NCBI GenBank assembly: GCA_034436115.1
Contig: DAOTVY010000015.1
Location: forward strand, 19,276-83,275
Reading direction: 5' to 3'
Length of the DNA stretch: 64,000 nt
DNA from: Chloroflexia bacterium
Lineage (GTDB): Bacteria; Chloroflexota; Chloroflexia; DTKN01
The notes under the pieces were generated by a model. That model worked only from the letters and a program-made list of their open reading frames with translations, had not been told where the DNA came from and did not search any database. Of this stretch, positions 8,479 to 17,649 are shown piece by piece (within the stretch, counting starts at the first letter, position 1; each line of letters begins with the position of its first letter). A program made the position numbers and the translations under genes.

Positions 8479-10191
8479 CTACCGGCGGCCGAACTCGCGC
8501 AGGAGCTGCTGCTGGCTCAGGAGGATCATGGTCGGCCGGCCGTGGGGGCATGTACGTGGCGCGCGAGCCTTCTCCAGGAGGCGCACCAGCTCCCGCATCT
8601 CGTCCATGCTCAGTAACTGTCCGGCCCGCACCGCGCAGTGGCAGGCGATCGCGATCAACAGCTCCTCTTCCCAGGGGACACCGCGTCGCACCCCGTTGCT
8701 CCAGGTCTCGAGCAGGGGACCCAGGGTGTTCTGGAGATCCTTCCCGGCCAGGAGCGCGGGAACACCCCGCACGCGGTAGGCCCGCTCTCCGAACGGCTCC
8801 AGCAGAAATCCCCAGCGCTCCAGTTCCTCCGCCTGCTCCTCCAGGAAGGCTGCCTGAAGCGGCGTGACCTCGACGATGAGCGGATTCAGCAGTGCCTGTG
8901 TGCGTACGGCCCGTTGAGCGTGCTCTTGCAGGAGCTGTTCGTAGAGCACCCGCTCGTGTGCCGCGTGCTGGTCGATCACGTAGAGCCCGTCCGGCCCCTC
9001 CGCCAGGATATAGCTCGCGGCGAGCTGCCCCAGCACCCGCAGCGGCGGCAGTCCGGCTTCGGCAGTGCCTGTAGGAGGCACCGCTTCCTCAGGAAAGAGC
9101 TCAACGCCGCGTGCCGGGATCGGGGCCGGCGTGCGGCCAGCCCTGCGGACAGGCGCCTCGGCCGAGGCTACGCCAGCCACCCTGGGAATTGCCGTGTGCT
9201 CCTGGAGGGCCTTGCGGACAGCGCGTTGCACGGCGGCGAACACGCGATCCGGTTCGGCGAACTTGACCTCGCTCTTGGTCGGGTGAACGTTCACGTCTAC
9301 TTGGCCGGGATCGATCTCCACCCCAATCACCGCCAGCGGATGGCGGCCAGCCATCAAGAGGGTATGATAGGCTTCCTCCAGGGCAAAGGTGAGGCGAGTA
9401 TCCCGGATGCGCCTTCCGTTGACAAAGAAGGTAATCGCGCGCCGGCTCGCCCGGCTGAGCGAGGGCTGACCCACGTAGCCCGACACACGGACGGCGCCCA
9501 CCCCCTCGCCGAGTTCGTCCTCCACCGGGATCATCTGCCGCGCGCTCTCGAGGCCATAGACTTCGACCAGGGCGTCGAACAGCCGCCCGGTGCCGTTCGT
9601 CCGCAGGAGCGTCCGTCCATCGCTCAGCAGCTGGAAGGCGATCTCCGGGTGGGCCAACGCGTAATCGGCCACGAGGGCGTGGATATAGGCAGCCTCCGTC
9701 TGGGGCGTTTTCAGGAATTTCAGGCGTGCCGGGGTGTTGAAGAAGAGGTCGCGCACGACCACCACCGTCCCAACCGTGCAGGCACGCGGCGTGGGCCGCG
9801 AGATCTCCTCCCCATCGGCTCGAACCTCCATCCCCACGGCCTGCCCTGCCGGACGGGAAACCAACGTCAGATGAGAAACCGCGGCAATGCTCGCCAGGGC
9901 CTCACCCCGGAAGCCCAGGGTGCGGACGCGCGTGAGGTCCTCAGCAGAACGGATCTTGCTGGTCGCATGACGGCGGCAGGCCCGCTCGATCTCGTCGGCC
10001 GGGATCCCACATCCGTCGTCCACCACGCGGATCTCCTGGCGGCCGCCGCCGCGGATCTCCACGCGGATGTGGCGTGCCTGGGCGTCAATAGCGTTCTCGA
10101 CGAGCTCTTTGACCACCGAGGCCGGCCGCTCCACGACCTCGCCCGCAGCGATCTTGGCGACCACTTCCGGGGGAAGGATCTCGATCGGCAT
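8479..10191 (-). CDS. mutL: DNA mismatch repair endonuclease MutL
   Basis: IAAGEVVERPASVVKELVENAIDA, TLGFRGEALASI, DVNVHPTKSEVKF, DQHAAHER, CPHGRP. Start placed at ATG 10191 (MPIEILP). Confidence 0.97.
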   Translation of the reverse strand: MPIEILPPEVVAKIAAGEVVERPASVVKELVENAIDAQARHIRVEIRGGGRQEIRVVDDGCGIPADEIERACRRHATSKIRSAEDLTRVRTLGFRGEALASIAAVSHLTLVSRPAGQAVGMEVRADGEEISRPTPRACTVGTVVVVRDLFFNTPARLKFLKTPQTEAAYIHALVADYALAHPEIAFQLLSDGRTLLRTNGTGRLFDALVEVYGLESARQMIPVEDELGEGVGAVRVSGYVGQPSLSRASRRAITFFVNGRRIRDTRLTFALEEAYHTLLMAGRHPLAVIGVEIDPGQVDVNVHPTKSEVKFAEPDRVFAAVQRAVRKALQEHTAIPRVAGVASAEAPVRRAGRTPAPIPARGVELFPEEAVPPTGTAEAGLPPLRVLGQLAASYILAEGPDGLYVIDQHAAHERVLYEQLLQEHAQRAVRTQALLNPLIVEVTPLQAAFLEEQAEELERWGFLLEPFGERAYRVRGVPALLAGKDLQNTLGPLLETWSNGVRRGVPWEEELLIAIACHCAVRAGQLLSMDEMRELVRLLEKARAPRTCPHGRPTMILLSQQQLLREFGRR

Positions 10192-10207
10192 CCCACCCGC
10201 TCCAAAG

Positions 10208-10234
10208 AAAAAAGGGGGCAATTCCAATGCCCCT
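10208..10234 (-). terminator. Intrinsic terminator after tRNA-Arg
   Basis: GGGGCA/TGCCCC stem followed by a T6 tract on the minus strand. Confidence 0.7.
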
Positions 10235-10237
10235 GAG

Positions 10238-10310
10238 TGCCCCTGGACGGACTCGAACCGCCGACGCAGGGTTTAGGAAACCCTCGCTCTATCCACTGAG
10301 CTACAGGGGC
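10238..10310 (-). tRNA. tRNA-Arg (anticodon CCT)
   Basis: Acceptor GCCCCTG/CAGGGGC, D arm GCTCAGTGGATAGAGC, anticodon arm AGGGT-TTCCTAA-ACCCT, T loop TTCGAGT; CCA not encoded. Confidence 0.97.
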
Positions 10311-10320
10311 GATCAATTGT

Positions 10321-10349
10321 ATTATACCACGCGCCAGTGTATGGGACAA
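10321..10349 (-). promoter_or_regulatory. sigma70-type promoter of tRNA-Arg
   Basis: TTGTCC-17-TATAAT with extended TG, about 10 bp before the tRNA. Confidence 0.75.
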
Positions 10350-10350
10350 C

Positions 10351-10378
10351 TTGGCAGGGCGACAAAAGCAGGTATAAT
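10351..10378 (+). promoter_or_regulatory. Divergent promoter of the GT87-like gene
   Basis: TTGGCA-16-TATAAT. Confidence 0.55.
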
Positions 10379-10418
10379 TGTGCACAGGATGCCTCGGGAA
10401 TGCTCTTGGGAGGCTACA

Positions 10419-11714
10419 GTGTACAGGCGCCTCTTCCGTGTCCGAGCGGTTGCCTGTGTCGACCTGCTGCTTCTGGCTTTTGCGATCGCCTATGGAACGG
10501 CGCTCGGATACGAGCTATGGCAACAGGCACTTACGTGGAGAACTCGACACCAGGGCCTGGATTTCCCCTCGTATTACCTGGCCGCCCGACAGGTGGTAAG
10601 AGGCGCGGACCCTTACTCTGGGCTTCGGACCGAGGCCCGTCTTCTGCTGGGCATGGAGGACTATTTCATCGATAGCGCGGTCGGGCCGCCAGCGTTTGTC
10701 TTCGCTCTAACTCCGCTGGCGCTGCTCCCGTATCCAGCCGCTTGGGCTGTATGGCAGATCCTCTCCCTAGCCGCGCTCGTGGGTTCACTCCTCTGGATCC
10801 TCCACGCGCTGCGTCCGGGCCTGTCGACCTGGGAACGGATCCTCCTGGGGAGCGGTGTCGTCCTGTTTCCTCCGCTGACCTTTCACCTCGTGTATGCCCA
10901 CACGGAGTTGTTCTTGCTACTCACGCTGGTGGCCGCGTGGCTTTGCCTGCGGCGGGGAAAGCAGGCACCGGCCGGTATGCTTCTGGGGTTGGCGGTCTCA
11001 ACGCGCCTGTATCCGGCGCTCCTCCTCCTTTTCCTGGCCCAGCGCAAATTCTGGAAAGCGCTGGCAACGACGATCGGGACCGCCGCCGGCGTGTGTGTCC
11101 TCGCGGGGGCGATCATGGGTCCGACTTCGTACCTTCGGTACTGGGCGGTTCTGCGGGAGGTCATCCCAACGCTATATGCACGTCAGGGGAACTTTTCGCT
11201 TTGGGGAAGTGTGCATAAAGTCGCCGCCCTCTGGCCGCCCCTGTCGCAGCGGCCCTGGCTCCGAGATGGCCTGGCCTACCTGCTGTCCGTGGGGGTCGTT
11301 GCACTGACCTTTCTCCTCGGGGCACGCCACCACGAGCCGCCACCCCAGGGACCGTGCGTCGACCTGTTCTCGCTGGACTGGGGCTATGCGCTCTACATCG
11401 TTGCCTGTCTGCTCGCTTCGCCGCTTTCCTGGGCGAACTACCAGGTGCTACTTTACGGTCCGCTGATCCTCCTTTGGACAACCCTCAAGCGGCGTCCCAG
11501 CCGGCCTAGCCTTTGGGCGGCGGGAGCGGGTCTTGCCGCTTCTCTGGCACCCCTGTTGGACCTCTGGCCACACCACCCTCGGGGGATCACGTGGTTCCAA
11601 ACCTTTGGTCCTACGCTGACATTGGTAGGGATCTTCCTGGCGCTGGCGGTATTGCCGCGCGAGCGCGCGATGCTCCAGGATACGGCTCGGGCCCTGCCGC
11701 AAGGAACGGCCTAG
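10419..11714 (+). CDS. Glycosyltransferase family 87 / DUF2029-like polytopic membrane protein (GT-C)
   Basis: About 10 TM segments; GLDFPSYYLAARQVVRGADPY, PPAFVFALTPLALLPY, SPLSWANY. GTG 10419 behind GGGAGG; ATG 10389 is an alternative start. Confidence 0.75.
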   Translation: MYRRLFRVRAVACVDLLLLAFAIAYGTALGYELWQQALTWRTRHQGLDFPSYYLAARQVVRGADPYSGLRTEARLLLGMEDYFIDSAVGPPAFVFALTPLALLPYPAAWAVWQILSLAALVGSLLWILHALRPGLSTWERILLGSGVVLFPPLTFHLVYAHTELFLLLTLVAAWLCLRRGKQAPAGMLLGLAVSTRLYPALLLLFLAQRKFWKALATTIGTAAGVCVLAGAIMGPTSYLRYWAVLREVIPTLYARQGNFSLWGSVHKVAALWPPLSQRPWLRDGLAYLLSVGVVALTFLLGARHHEPPPQGPCVDLFSLDWGYALYIVACLLASPLSWANYQVLLYGPLILLWTTLKRRPSRPSLWAAGAGLAASLAPLLDLWPHHPRGITWFQTFGPTLTLVGIFLALAVLPRERAMLQDTARALPQGTA

Positions 11715-12475
11715 CCTTTTTCCAGGACCAGCATCCCGGCAGCGAGCAGCGCTTCGGTCAGTGCTGGTGCCGGGATCAGGCGCAACCGGTAGGTCTGCCA
11801 CAGGAAGCGCTCGAGGTGGACAAAGACCTCGCTTCGGGTCAAGTTGACCTTCCAGGCACGGCCCACATCGGCAAAGGCCAGGCTCCGCCGCCAGGCTGGA
11901 TGGCCGACGTAGCGTTCGCTCAAGGGGGCCACGGCTGGCAAGGGGAGCGGGCAGAGGGTCAAGACAAAAGCGTCAACCAGGGGGCCGAAGAGCACCGGAA
12001 ACGGCCGTACAAGCACGTAATGTTGCCGCTCGCCCGCACAGAAAGTTGCCCCGCCCCAGGTGGTTTCACCCACTGCGGCCCCTCCGGGACCCAGGCAAGA
12101 GATCTCCTGGAGGTAAATGCTAAACGCGGAAAGCAAGTCCGCGGCGGAAACCGTCCTGCCGGGGAGCGGCAACGGCCCCTCCAGGAGCGAGCGGCCGACC
12201 TGGTGGGCCAATTCGGCGCGGCGCTCCTGAGGCACGGCCCAGCGACCGACGCCGCAGCTCTCTAGAAGGCCTTCGTCGGCGAAGGTGGCCACCAGCTCGG
12301 CAAACGATGCCCCAGGATAGCACCAGTGGAAGAAGGGCTCGATCGCTTCCGAAGGCACCTCGCTCCATCCCAGGAGAAGATGGGCATCCAGCCAGGGAGC
12401 CAACAAGTGCAGCGGATCAGGAGCGAGCTGCCCCAGATCCCCATCCTGCTCTGGTCCTTGCTCAGAGCGGCTCAA
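11711..12475 (-). CDS. Hypothetical protein overlapping the end of the chlD-like ORF
   Basis: 254-aa ORF, TTG start behind AAGGAGG, overlapping the end of the upstream VWA ORF by 14 bp; no recognised motif. Confidence 0.65.
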   Translation of the reverse strand: MSRSEQGPEQDGDLGQLAPDPLHLLAPWLDAHLLLGWSEVPSEAIEPFFHWCYPGASFAELVATFADEGLLESCGVGRWAVPQERRAELAHQVGRSLLEGPLPLPGRTVSAADLLSAFSIYLQEISCLGPGGAAVGETTWGGATFCAGERQHYVLVRPFPVLFGPLVDAFVLTLCPLPLPAVAPLSERYVGHPAWRRSLAFADVGRAWKVNLTRSEVFVHLERFLWQTYRLRLIPAPALTEALLAAGMLVLEKG

Positions 12476-13400
12476 CCGGACCTCCTTTCGGGGGATTGCC
12501 CGGCCCAGTGCTACGGGCCTTTTCCAAATCCTTGAGGGCCTGCTGGAGGGCACGCCGTGTCAGGCGGGAAAGCGGAAGGTACCGGCCACGGCTCAAAGCG
12601 GCCATCTGGCGACAGTTGCTCCGGCCGGCCTCTTGTCCGGCGGGCTCGGTGTCGACGACCAGCGTGGCGATCCGTTCCCAGGCGAGCCTTCGGCACAAAC
12701 GCGCCACTTCGTCGTAGGGATCATCCCCCTGCCGGATGGCCACGTTCGGCAGACCATCGGTGACCACCACGAGCACTGGGATCGCGTTGCGATGCTTCAG
12801 CCGTTCCTGTGACAGCAGCCGATGCGCTTTCCAAATCGCATCCGGCAGCGGGGTCGAGCCACTTACCGGGATACGACGGAGCCGCGCCGCCGCGCGCGCC
12901 AGACTGCTCGTGGGAGGGAGAAAGACCGTTGCATCAGGCTTCCGACTGTGGCGGAAGGCCACCAGAGCCACCCGGTCATGGTGATGGTACGCGTCGCGCA
13001 ACAGGTCCAGCACGACCGCCTTCACGCGCTCCAGCGTCTTCTCCACGTGGATGGACCAGCTGTTGTCGACGATGAACGCGATCGCGTAGGGCGAGCGGTG
13101 CCGGCGCAGCCTTTCCCGAAGGTCCTCGGGCTGCACCTCCAGCTTGCCCCCTCCTTGTCCGACCGCACGTGCTGCTGCCGCGCGTAGCGTGGCATCCAGG
13201 GCAACATCCTCGATCCCGTTGTGAGGAAACCGCGGGCGCGTGTATTTTCCACGCCGCCGATGGACGATCGCCGTGTCCCGCAACCCGCTTGCTGCCCGCA
13301 ACTCTGGCGGCCGCCGCCGGGGGAAGCGAAAAACCTCCTGCGTCTCCGTTGTTTCTTCTCCGATGTCAGGCTCCGAAAGCGCCAAGCCCGCTAGCTCCAC
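12462..13400 (-). CDS. chlD: ChlD/CobT-like von Willebrand A domain (3' half of a frameshifted chlD-like gene)
   Basis: [51 protein letters not shown]; frame stays open upstream to the A9 run at 13428-13436. Confidence 0.85.
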   Translation of the reverse strand: MELAGLALSEPDIGEETTETQEVFRFPRRRPPELRAASGLRDTAIVHRRRGKYTRPRFPHNGIEDVALDATLRAAAARAVGQGGGKLEVQPEDLRERLRRHRSPYAIAFIVDNSWSIHVEKTLERVKAVVLDLLRDAYHHHDRVALVAFRHSRKPDATVFLPPTSSLARAAARLRRIPVSGSTPLPDAIWKAHRLLSQERLKHRNAIPVLVVVTDGLPNVAIRQGDDPYDEVARLCRRLAWERIATLVVDTEPAGQEAGRSNCRQMAALSRGRYLPLSRLTRRALQQALKDLEKARSTGPGNPPKGGPVEPL

Positions 13401-14491
13401 GGGCTCTCCGCGCTCAGAGGGGTGGTCTTTTTTTTTACCTCCAAGGGGACACCCAGGATATCCTCAAGCCGACGCCGGATGGTCAGCGGGTCGAGTTGTG
13501 CCCCGACGGCGAAGGGATCGCGGGGCAGGCGATGCCCCAGCGCGAGCAGCGTCGCCTCGTACACGTCGCCGGGCTGTACCTCCAAACGCCCGTCCAGTGC
13601 GGCAAGGGTCTTGGCGCATTGGAGGATCGTGATATCCGCGCGGTGGCTACGTACCTCGGAGCGTACGGTGAGCTCGGCGATGGCACGGTATAAGCCATCG
13701 GGGACGTGGACGCGGGGAAGCCGCTCCACGGCTTCCTGGATGCGCTGCCGCAGTCGCTCCTGCGCATCCTGGTACCGTTGCAGGAAAGCGACCGGATTTG
13801 CGGCGAACGCCTCCCGCCGCCTCATGACCTCAACCCGTTCCTCCTCATCTAGGAGGGCATCGATCTCCACCTGCAGCCCGATCCGGTCGGCGATCTGCGG
13901 GCGAAGTTCCCCTTCCTCCGGGTTCATCGTCCCGACCAGGAGGAAACGAGCCGGATGGCTCACGGAGACCCCCTCGCGTTCCACGATGTTCACCCCGAGG
14001 GCGGCGGCATCCAGGAGAAGATCCACGATATGGTCGTCCAGGAGATTGATCTCGTCGATATACAGGATGCCACGATGGGCCTCGGCTAGCAGGCCAGGCT
14101 CCAACGCACGGACGCCTTCCCGCAAGGCCCGGGTAATGTCCAGAGTGCCGGCCACGCGGTCTTCGGTCGCATTGAGCGGCAGGTTGACCAGGCGGCGCGG
14201 CCGTACCAAGACAGGAAGCCTTTCCCCGCGAGCACTGCGTTCCTGGCAAGAAGCACACTGCGCCTGGGGATCGCGGGGGTCGCACTGGAAGGGACAGTCC
14301 GCGACCACCTCGATGGGTGGCAGGAGCGCGGCCAGACCGCGTACGGCGGTCGATTTGGCGGTGCCACTGGGACCACGGATCAGGACGCCCCCGATCTCGG
14401 GGTTCACCGCGTTCAGCACCAGCGCGGTCTTGAGCCTCTCCTGCCCGACAATCGCGGTGAAGGGATAGAGGATGGGGTAAATGTCCTGCAA
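13391..14491 (-). CDS. chlI: Magnesium/cobalt chelatase ChlI-like AAA+ ATPase (5' half of the chlD-like gene)
   Basis: [16 protein letters not shown], Walker [45 protein letters not shown]; TTG start behind GAGGTGA. Confidence 0.92.
   Translation of the reverse strand: MQDIYPILYPFTAIVGQERLKTALVLNAVNPEIGGVLIRGPSGTAKSTAVRGLAALLPPIEVVADCPFQCDPRDPQAQCASCQERSARGERLPVLVRPRRLVNLPLNATEDRVAGTLDITRALREGVRALEPGLLAEAHRGILYIDEINLLDDHIVDLLLDAAALGVNIVEREGVSVSHPARFLLVGTMNPEEGELRPQIADRIGLQVEIDALLDEEERVEVMRRREAFAANPVAFLQRYQDAQERLRQRIQEAVERLPRVHVPDGLYRAIAELTVRSEVRSHRADITILQCAKTLAALDGRLEVQPGDVYEATLLALGHRLPRDPFAVGAQLDPLTIRRRLEDILGVPLEVKKKTTPLSAESPWS
13427..13442 (-). other. Programmed -1 frameshift / transcriptional slippage site
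   Basis: Minus strand GGAGGT-AAAAAAAAA-G: nine A's containing the in-frame heptamer A-AAA-AAG; a -1 shift joins the ChlI ORF to the VWA ORF with no stop. Confidence 0.8.
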
Positions 14492-14504
14492 GTCTCACCT
14501 CGGT

Positions 14505-14545
14505 CCCGGGGACGAGCGCCGGGCGTCCCAGCGCTCGTCCCCGGG
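14505..14545. repeat. Perfect 15-bp inverted repeat between the ThDP enzyme and chlI
   Basis: CCCGGGGACGAGCGC (14505-14519) / GCGCTCGTCCCCGGG (14531-14545); no U tract. Confidence 0.9.
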
Positions 14546-14561
14546 TTGCAGCGGATCACAC

Positions 14562-16343
14562 CTATGTACGGACGCGCCGCTTGCCAAAGGTCGGTTCGGC
14601 GGGCGGGATGGGGGGCATCTGCCAGGTTCCGGTGATCGGCACGGGTGTGTCGCGGTTGATGATCACGTCGATCAGGGTCGGGCGTCCCGACTTCAGGGCG
14701 TGTTCGAATGCCGGAGCAAAATCGCCGGGACGCTCGATGCGGATCCCCTCGGCGCCCATCGCCTCGGCCATCTTGGCAAAGTCCGGGTTCCACAGCTCGC
14801 CGGTCTTGACCTTCATGAAGCTCGTACCGATCTCCCGGCCATCCAGGTAGAAGCGCTGGAGGTCGCGAATGCAACCAATGGAGTAGTTGTTAAAGACTAC
14901 CCAGACGACCGGGAGGTCGTACTCCACGGCGGTAGCCACCGCGTGGGGCGTCATCATGAAGCCACCGTCGCTGCAGACGTTCACGCACGGGGATTCGGGC
15001 CGGGCTAGCTTGGCGCCCAGGACGCCGCAGACCCCGAAGCCCATCGCGGCAAACCCGCCGGGGCTGATATGGGTCAGCGGTCGCGGCGTGTCCCAATACT
15101 GCTCGACCCATGCCTGGTTATTGCCCACATCGGCCACCAGGATGGTATCCGGCGGGGCAATGCGCCGCATATCCATCAGGATGCGCCGCGGGTCGATCGG
15201 CACTTCTTCGTTCGTCGCGTAAGGCCGGATAAAGTTCTCCCAGGCGGTCTTGTATTCGTAGATCTCCTCCAACCACGCCTTGCTGTCGCGCTGGATCCCT
15301 TTTGCCTTGGCCATTTCCAACATCTGCGCCAGGAAAGCCTTGGCATCGGCCACGATCCCCAGTTCGACGGGGTAGTTGCGGCCGATCTCGCTCGGGTCGA
15401 TATCGACGTGGATGAGTTTGGTCGGGGGGATGTTGTAGATATAGCCCGGCAGCCAGGAGGCGCAATGGAGGTCGGAGAAACGGGCTCCGATGGCCAGGAT
15501 GACGTCCGCGTTGCGGGCTGCCTCCGCCGCGGGGTAGTGGCCCCAGCACCCAGCGACGCCCAGGTAGAGCGGATCGCCCTCGGCCATGGCCCCTTTGCCC
15601 ATGAGCGTCGTGTAGACCGGGATTTCGAGATAGGTCGCGAGCGCTTTCAGCTCCTCAGTCGCCCCAGAGACCATGACGCCTCCGCCTGCCAGGATCAGCG
15701 GGCGTGCGGCCTTGGCCAGGAGGTCCAGCGCCTTTTCCACCGCCTCGGGCGAAGCGGGCGTGCGCCAGTGCATGGGGCGGGACCACTGTTCCGGATCTGG
15801 GATCTCGACGTCGGCCTTATGGATGTAGAGGTCGTAGGGGATGTCGAAATGACAGGGGCCTGGCCGGCCGGTGCGCATCAGCTTGAAGGCCTTGGGGAGG
15901 TAGCGCACCAGGTCCTCGACCTTGCGGATTTGCCAGGAGTGCTTGACGATCGGCTTGAGCACCGAGGGGAAGTCGCCGGGGAAGTACCGGTACTCCTCCT
16001 GCAGGGCCCCGGTATCGAACTGATCCGTGGTGACCTGTCCGGTTACCACCAGGAATGCCGAAGAATCGTAGAAAGCGTTGGCCACAGCGATGGTCAGGTT
16101 CATCGGGCCGGGCCCGGTGGAGGCATACACGAGCAGCGGGACGCCGGTCAGGCGGAAGTAGACGTCGGCAATGAACCCCGCCGCCTGCTCCACGCGCGGC
16201 CAGATGACACGGATCTTGTCCTGGCGGTCGTAAATGCCGTCCAGCAGGCCGATGGCCCCATGACCGGCATAGCCGATGACGTAGGGCACCTTCTCTTTGA
16301 TCAGGTACTCAGCGATGATCTCGCAGCCCCGATACTCCGCCAT
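14562..16343 (-). CDS. Thiamine diphosphate-dependent enzyme, acetolactate synthase-like superfamily
   Basis: IGYAGHG, RVEQAAGF (catalytic Glu), STGPGPMN, ADVGNNQ, GGFAAMGFG, SDGGFMM...FNN; ATG 16343 behind GGAGGT. Confidence 0.9.
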   Translation of the reverse strand: MAEYRGCEIIAEYLIKEKVPYVIGYAGHGAIGLLDGIYDRQDKIRVIWPRVEQAAGFIADVYFRLTGVPLLVYASTGPGPMNLTIAVANAFYDSSAFLVVTGQVTTDQFDTGALQEEYRYFPGDFPSVLKPIVKHSWQIRKVEDLVRYLPKAFKLMRTGRPGPCHFDIPYDLYIHKADVEIPDPEQWSRPMHWRTPASPEAVEKALDLLAKAARPLILAGGGVMVSGATEELKALATYLEIPVYTTLMGKGAMAEGDPLYLGVAGCWGHYPAAEAARNADVILAIGARFSDLHCASWLPGYIYNIPPTKLIHVDIDPSEIGRNYPVELGIVADAKAFLAQMLEMAKAKGIQRDSKAWLEEIYEYKTAWENFIRPYATNEEVPIDPRRILMDMRRIAPPDTILVADVGNNQAWVEQYWDTPRPLTHISPGGFAAMGFGVCGVLGAKLARPESPCVNVCSDGGFMMTPHAVATAVEYDLPVVWVVFNNYSIGCIRDLQRFYLDGREIGTSFMKVKTGELWNPDFAKMAEAMGAEGIRIERPGDFAPAFEHALKSGRPTLIDVIINRDTPVPITGTWQMPPIPPAEPTFGKRRVRT

Positions 16344-16560
16344 GGCAGCGACCTCCTTACAGTGAAAAAATTCCTTCCGGCGTTCGTCGCCAGATCTGCA
16401 CGGGCAACCTTCGTCCTGTGGCTCGACCACCTCCTTTCATGGACTGCGGACCGCCCTGTGTCCGCGACATCCTGCCCGGAAACAGGCGGAGATCCCTTGC
16501 GTGATCCTCTCGCCCCACGGCCTTGGGAAGCTGAACACCCCACCACGCATTCCCCATCTT

Positions 16561-16589
16561 ATTGTAACCGATTTCAGCCGGAAAATCAA
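16561..16589 (-). promoter_or_regulatory. Promoter of the ThDP enzyme operon
   Basis: TTGATT-17-TACAAT, implying a 5' UTR of about 210 nt. Confidence 0.6.
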
Positions 16590-16605
16590 GATCCCACGGC
16601 CCTGT

Positions 16606-16634
16606 TTGACAGACAAGCCACTCTTGGATAGGAT
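16606..16634 (+). promoter_or_regulatory. Promoter of the deoxynucleoside kinase
   Basis: TTGACA-17-TAGGAT. Confidence 0.7.
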
Positions 16635-16679
16635 GGATACAGCCCGATCGGGATGGGTAGGCCAGGCCAGGAGGAAGCC

Positions 16680-17321
16680 ATGCGTCAGCAGGAGCATCGC
16701 CGGATTTATGTCACCGTGGCCGGGAACATCGGCGTTGGGAAAAGCACCCTGGTCGAGCTCCTCTCCCGCGAATTCGGCTGGCAACCGTACTACGAGCTGG
16801 TCGCGGACCACCCTTACCTGGACGACTACTATCGGGACATGCATCGCTGGGGCTTCCATGCCCAGATCTACTTCCTCAGCCAGCGCTATGAGCAGCATCA
16901 GGAGATCTCGGACAACCCGCTTTCGGTGTGCCAGGATCGGAGCATGTACGAGGACTATGAGATCTTTGTCAAGGGGCTTCTGGAGCAAGGGATCCTCACC
17001 CCGCGCGACTTTCAGACCTACCGGCGTCTCTTCCTGGCACTCTCCCGGAGCGTCGATCGCCCGGACCTCCTGATCTACCTGAAGGCTTCCGTCTCGACCC
17101 TGCTTTCCCGCATCAACGGCCGGTCCCGCCCTTACGAGCGGGAGATCCCCGCGGAGTATCTGGCCACGCTGAACCGCCGCTATGACCTGTGGATCGACCG
17201 GTGGGAGCTCTGCCCCGTGATCACCTTCGACTGCGACCGGCTCGACTTTGTGCACCGCGAGGAAGATCGGCGGGAGGTGATCCACCGCCTGCGGGAGTAC
17301 CTGAACCTCCCCGAGGGGTGA
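16680..17321 (+). CDS. Deoxynucleoside kinase (Dgk/Dck family)
   Basis: P-loop VAGNIGVGKST, YELVADHPYLDDYY, QIYFLSQR, QDRSMYED, PDLLIYL; ATG 16680 behind GGAGG. Confidence 0.93.
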   Translation: MRQQEHRRIYVTVAGNIGVGKSTLVELLSREFGWQPYYELVADHPYLDDYYRDMHRWGFHAQIYFLSQRYEQHQEISDNPLSVCQDRSMYEDYEIFVKGLLEQGILTPRDFQTYRRLFLALSRSVDRPDLLIYLKASVSTLLSRINGRSRPYEREIPAEYLATLNRRYDLWIDRWELCPVITFDCDRLDFVHREEDRREVIHRLREYLNLPEG

Positions 17322-17469
17322 ATTCCCGGTACCGCTACATACCTCCGTGGGGAAGGCGTATGCCGGCCGTTGGCCGCGCGCGCCGCAGCCGACCATCCCT
17401 GGATCTCTGCATACGATAGAATCGGCCCGGAACAGTGGATGGAGGCAAACGCGGAGCGAGGGGTACGCC

Positions 17470-17649
17470 ATGGAAGCACCTCTGATCGCGATCTCTCTCC
17501 TGTTGCTCGTGGCCCTGGCCGTCAGCACCCCGGAACGGGACGACCAGGAAGAGCCGGACGAAGCCGGGGACGTGCGGAGCAGAGCCCGGGATCGCGCGCG
17601 GCTGGCCCTCGGTGTGCTCCGCCGTCAGCTGGACGAGCAGTCGCGGTAA
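17470..17649 (+). CDS. Small protein with N-terminal hydrophobic anchor (59 aa)
   Basis: ATG 17470 behind GAGGGG; MEAPLIAISLLLLVALAVST followed by an acidic and a basic stretch; a GC hairpin (17648-17670) follows the stop. Confidence 0.5.
   Translation: MEAPLIAISLLLLVALAVSTPERDDQEEPDEAGDVRSRARDRARLALGVLRRQLDEQSR

Noticed and set aside
10228-10246. Duplicated tRNA-Arg 3' end as an integration (att) scar
   Set aside because: Only 8 bp (CAGGGGCA), it forms one arm of the terminator, and there is no integrase or foreign gene block.
13391-13440. Pseudogene call for the chlI/chlD frame break
   Set aside because: Both halves keep intact Walker A/B and MIDAS motifs, and the break falls on a canonical slippery sequence at the natural ChlI length; recoding is more likely, though a homopolymer assembly error is not excluded.
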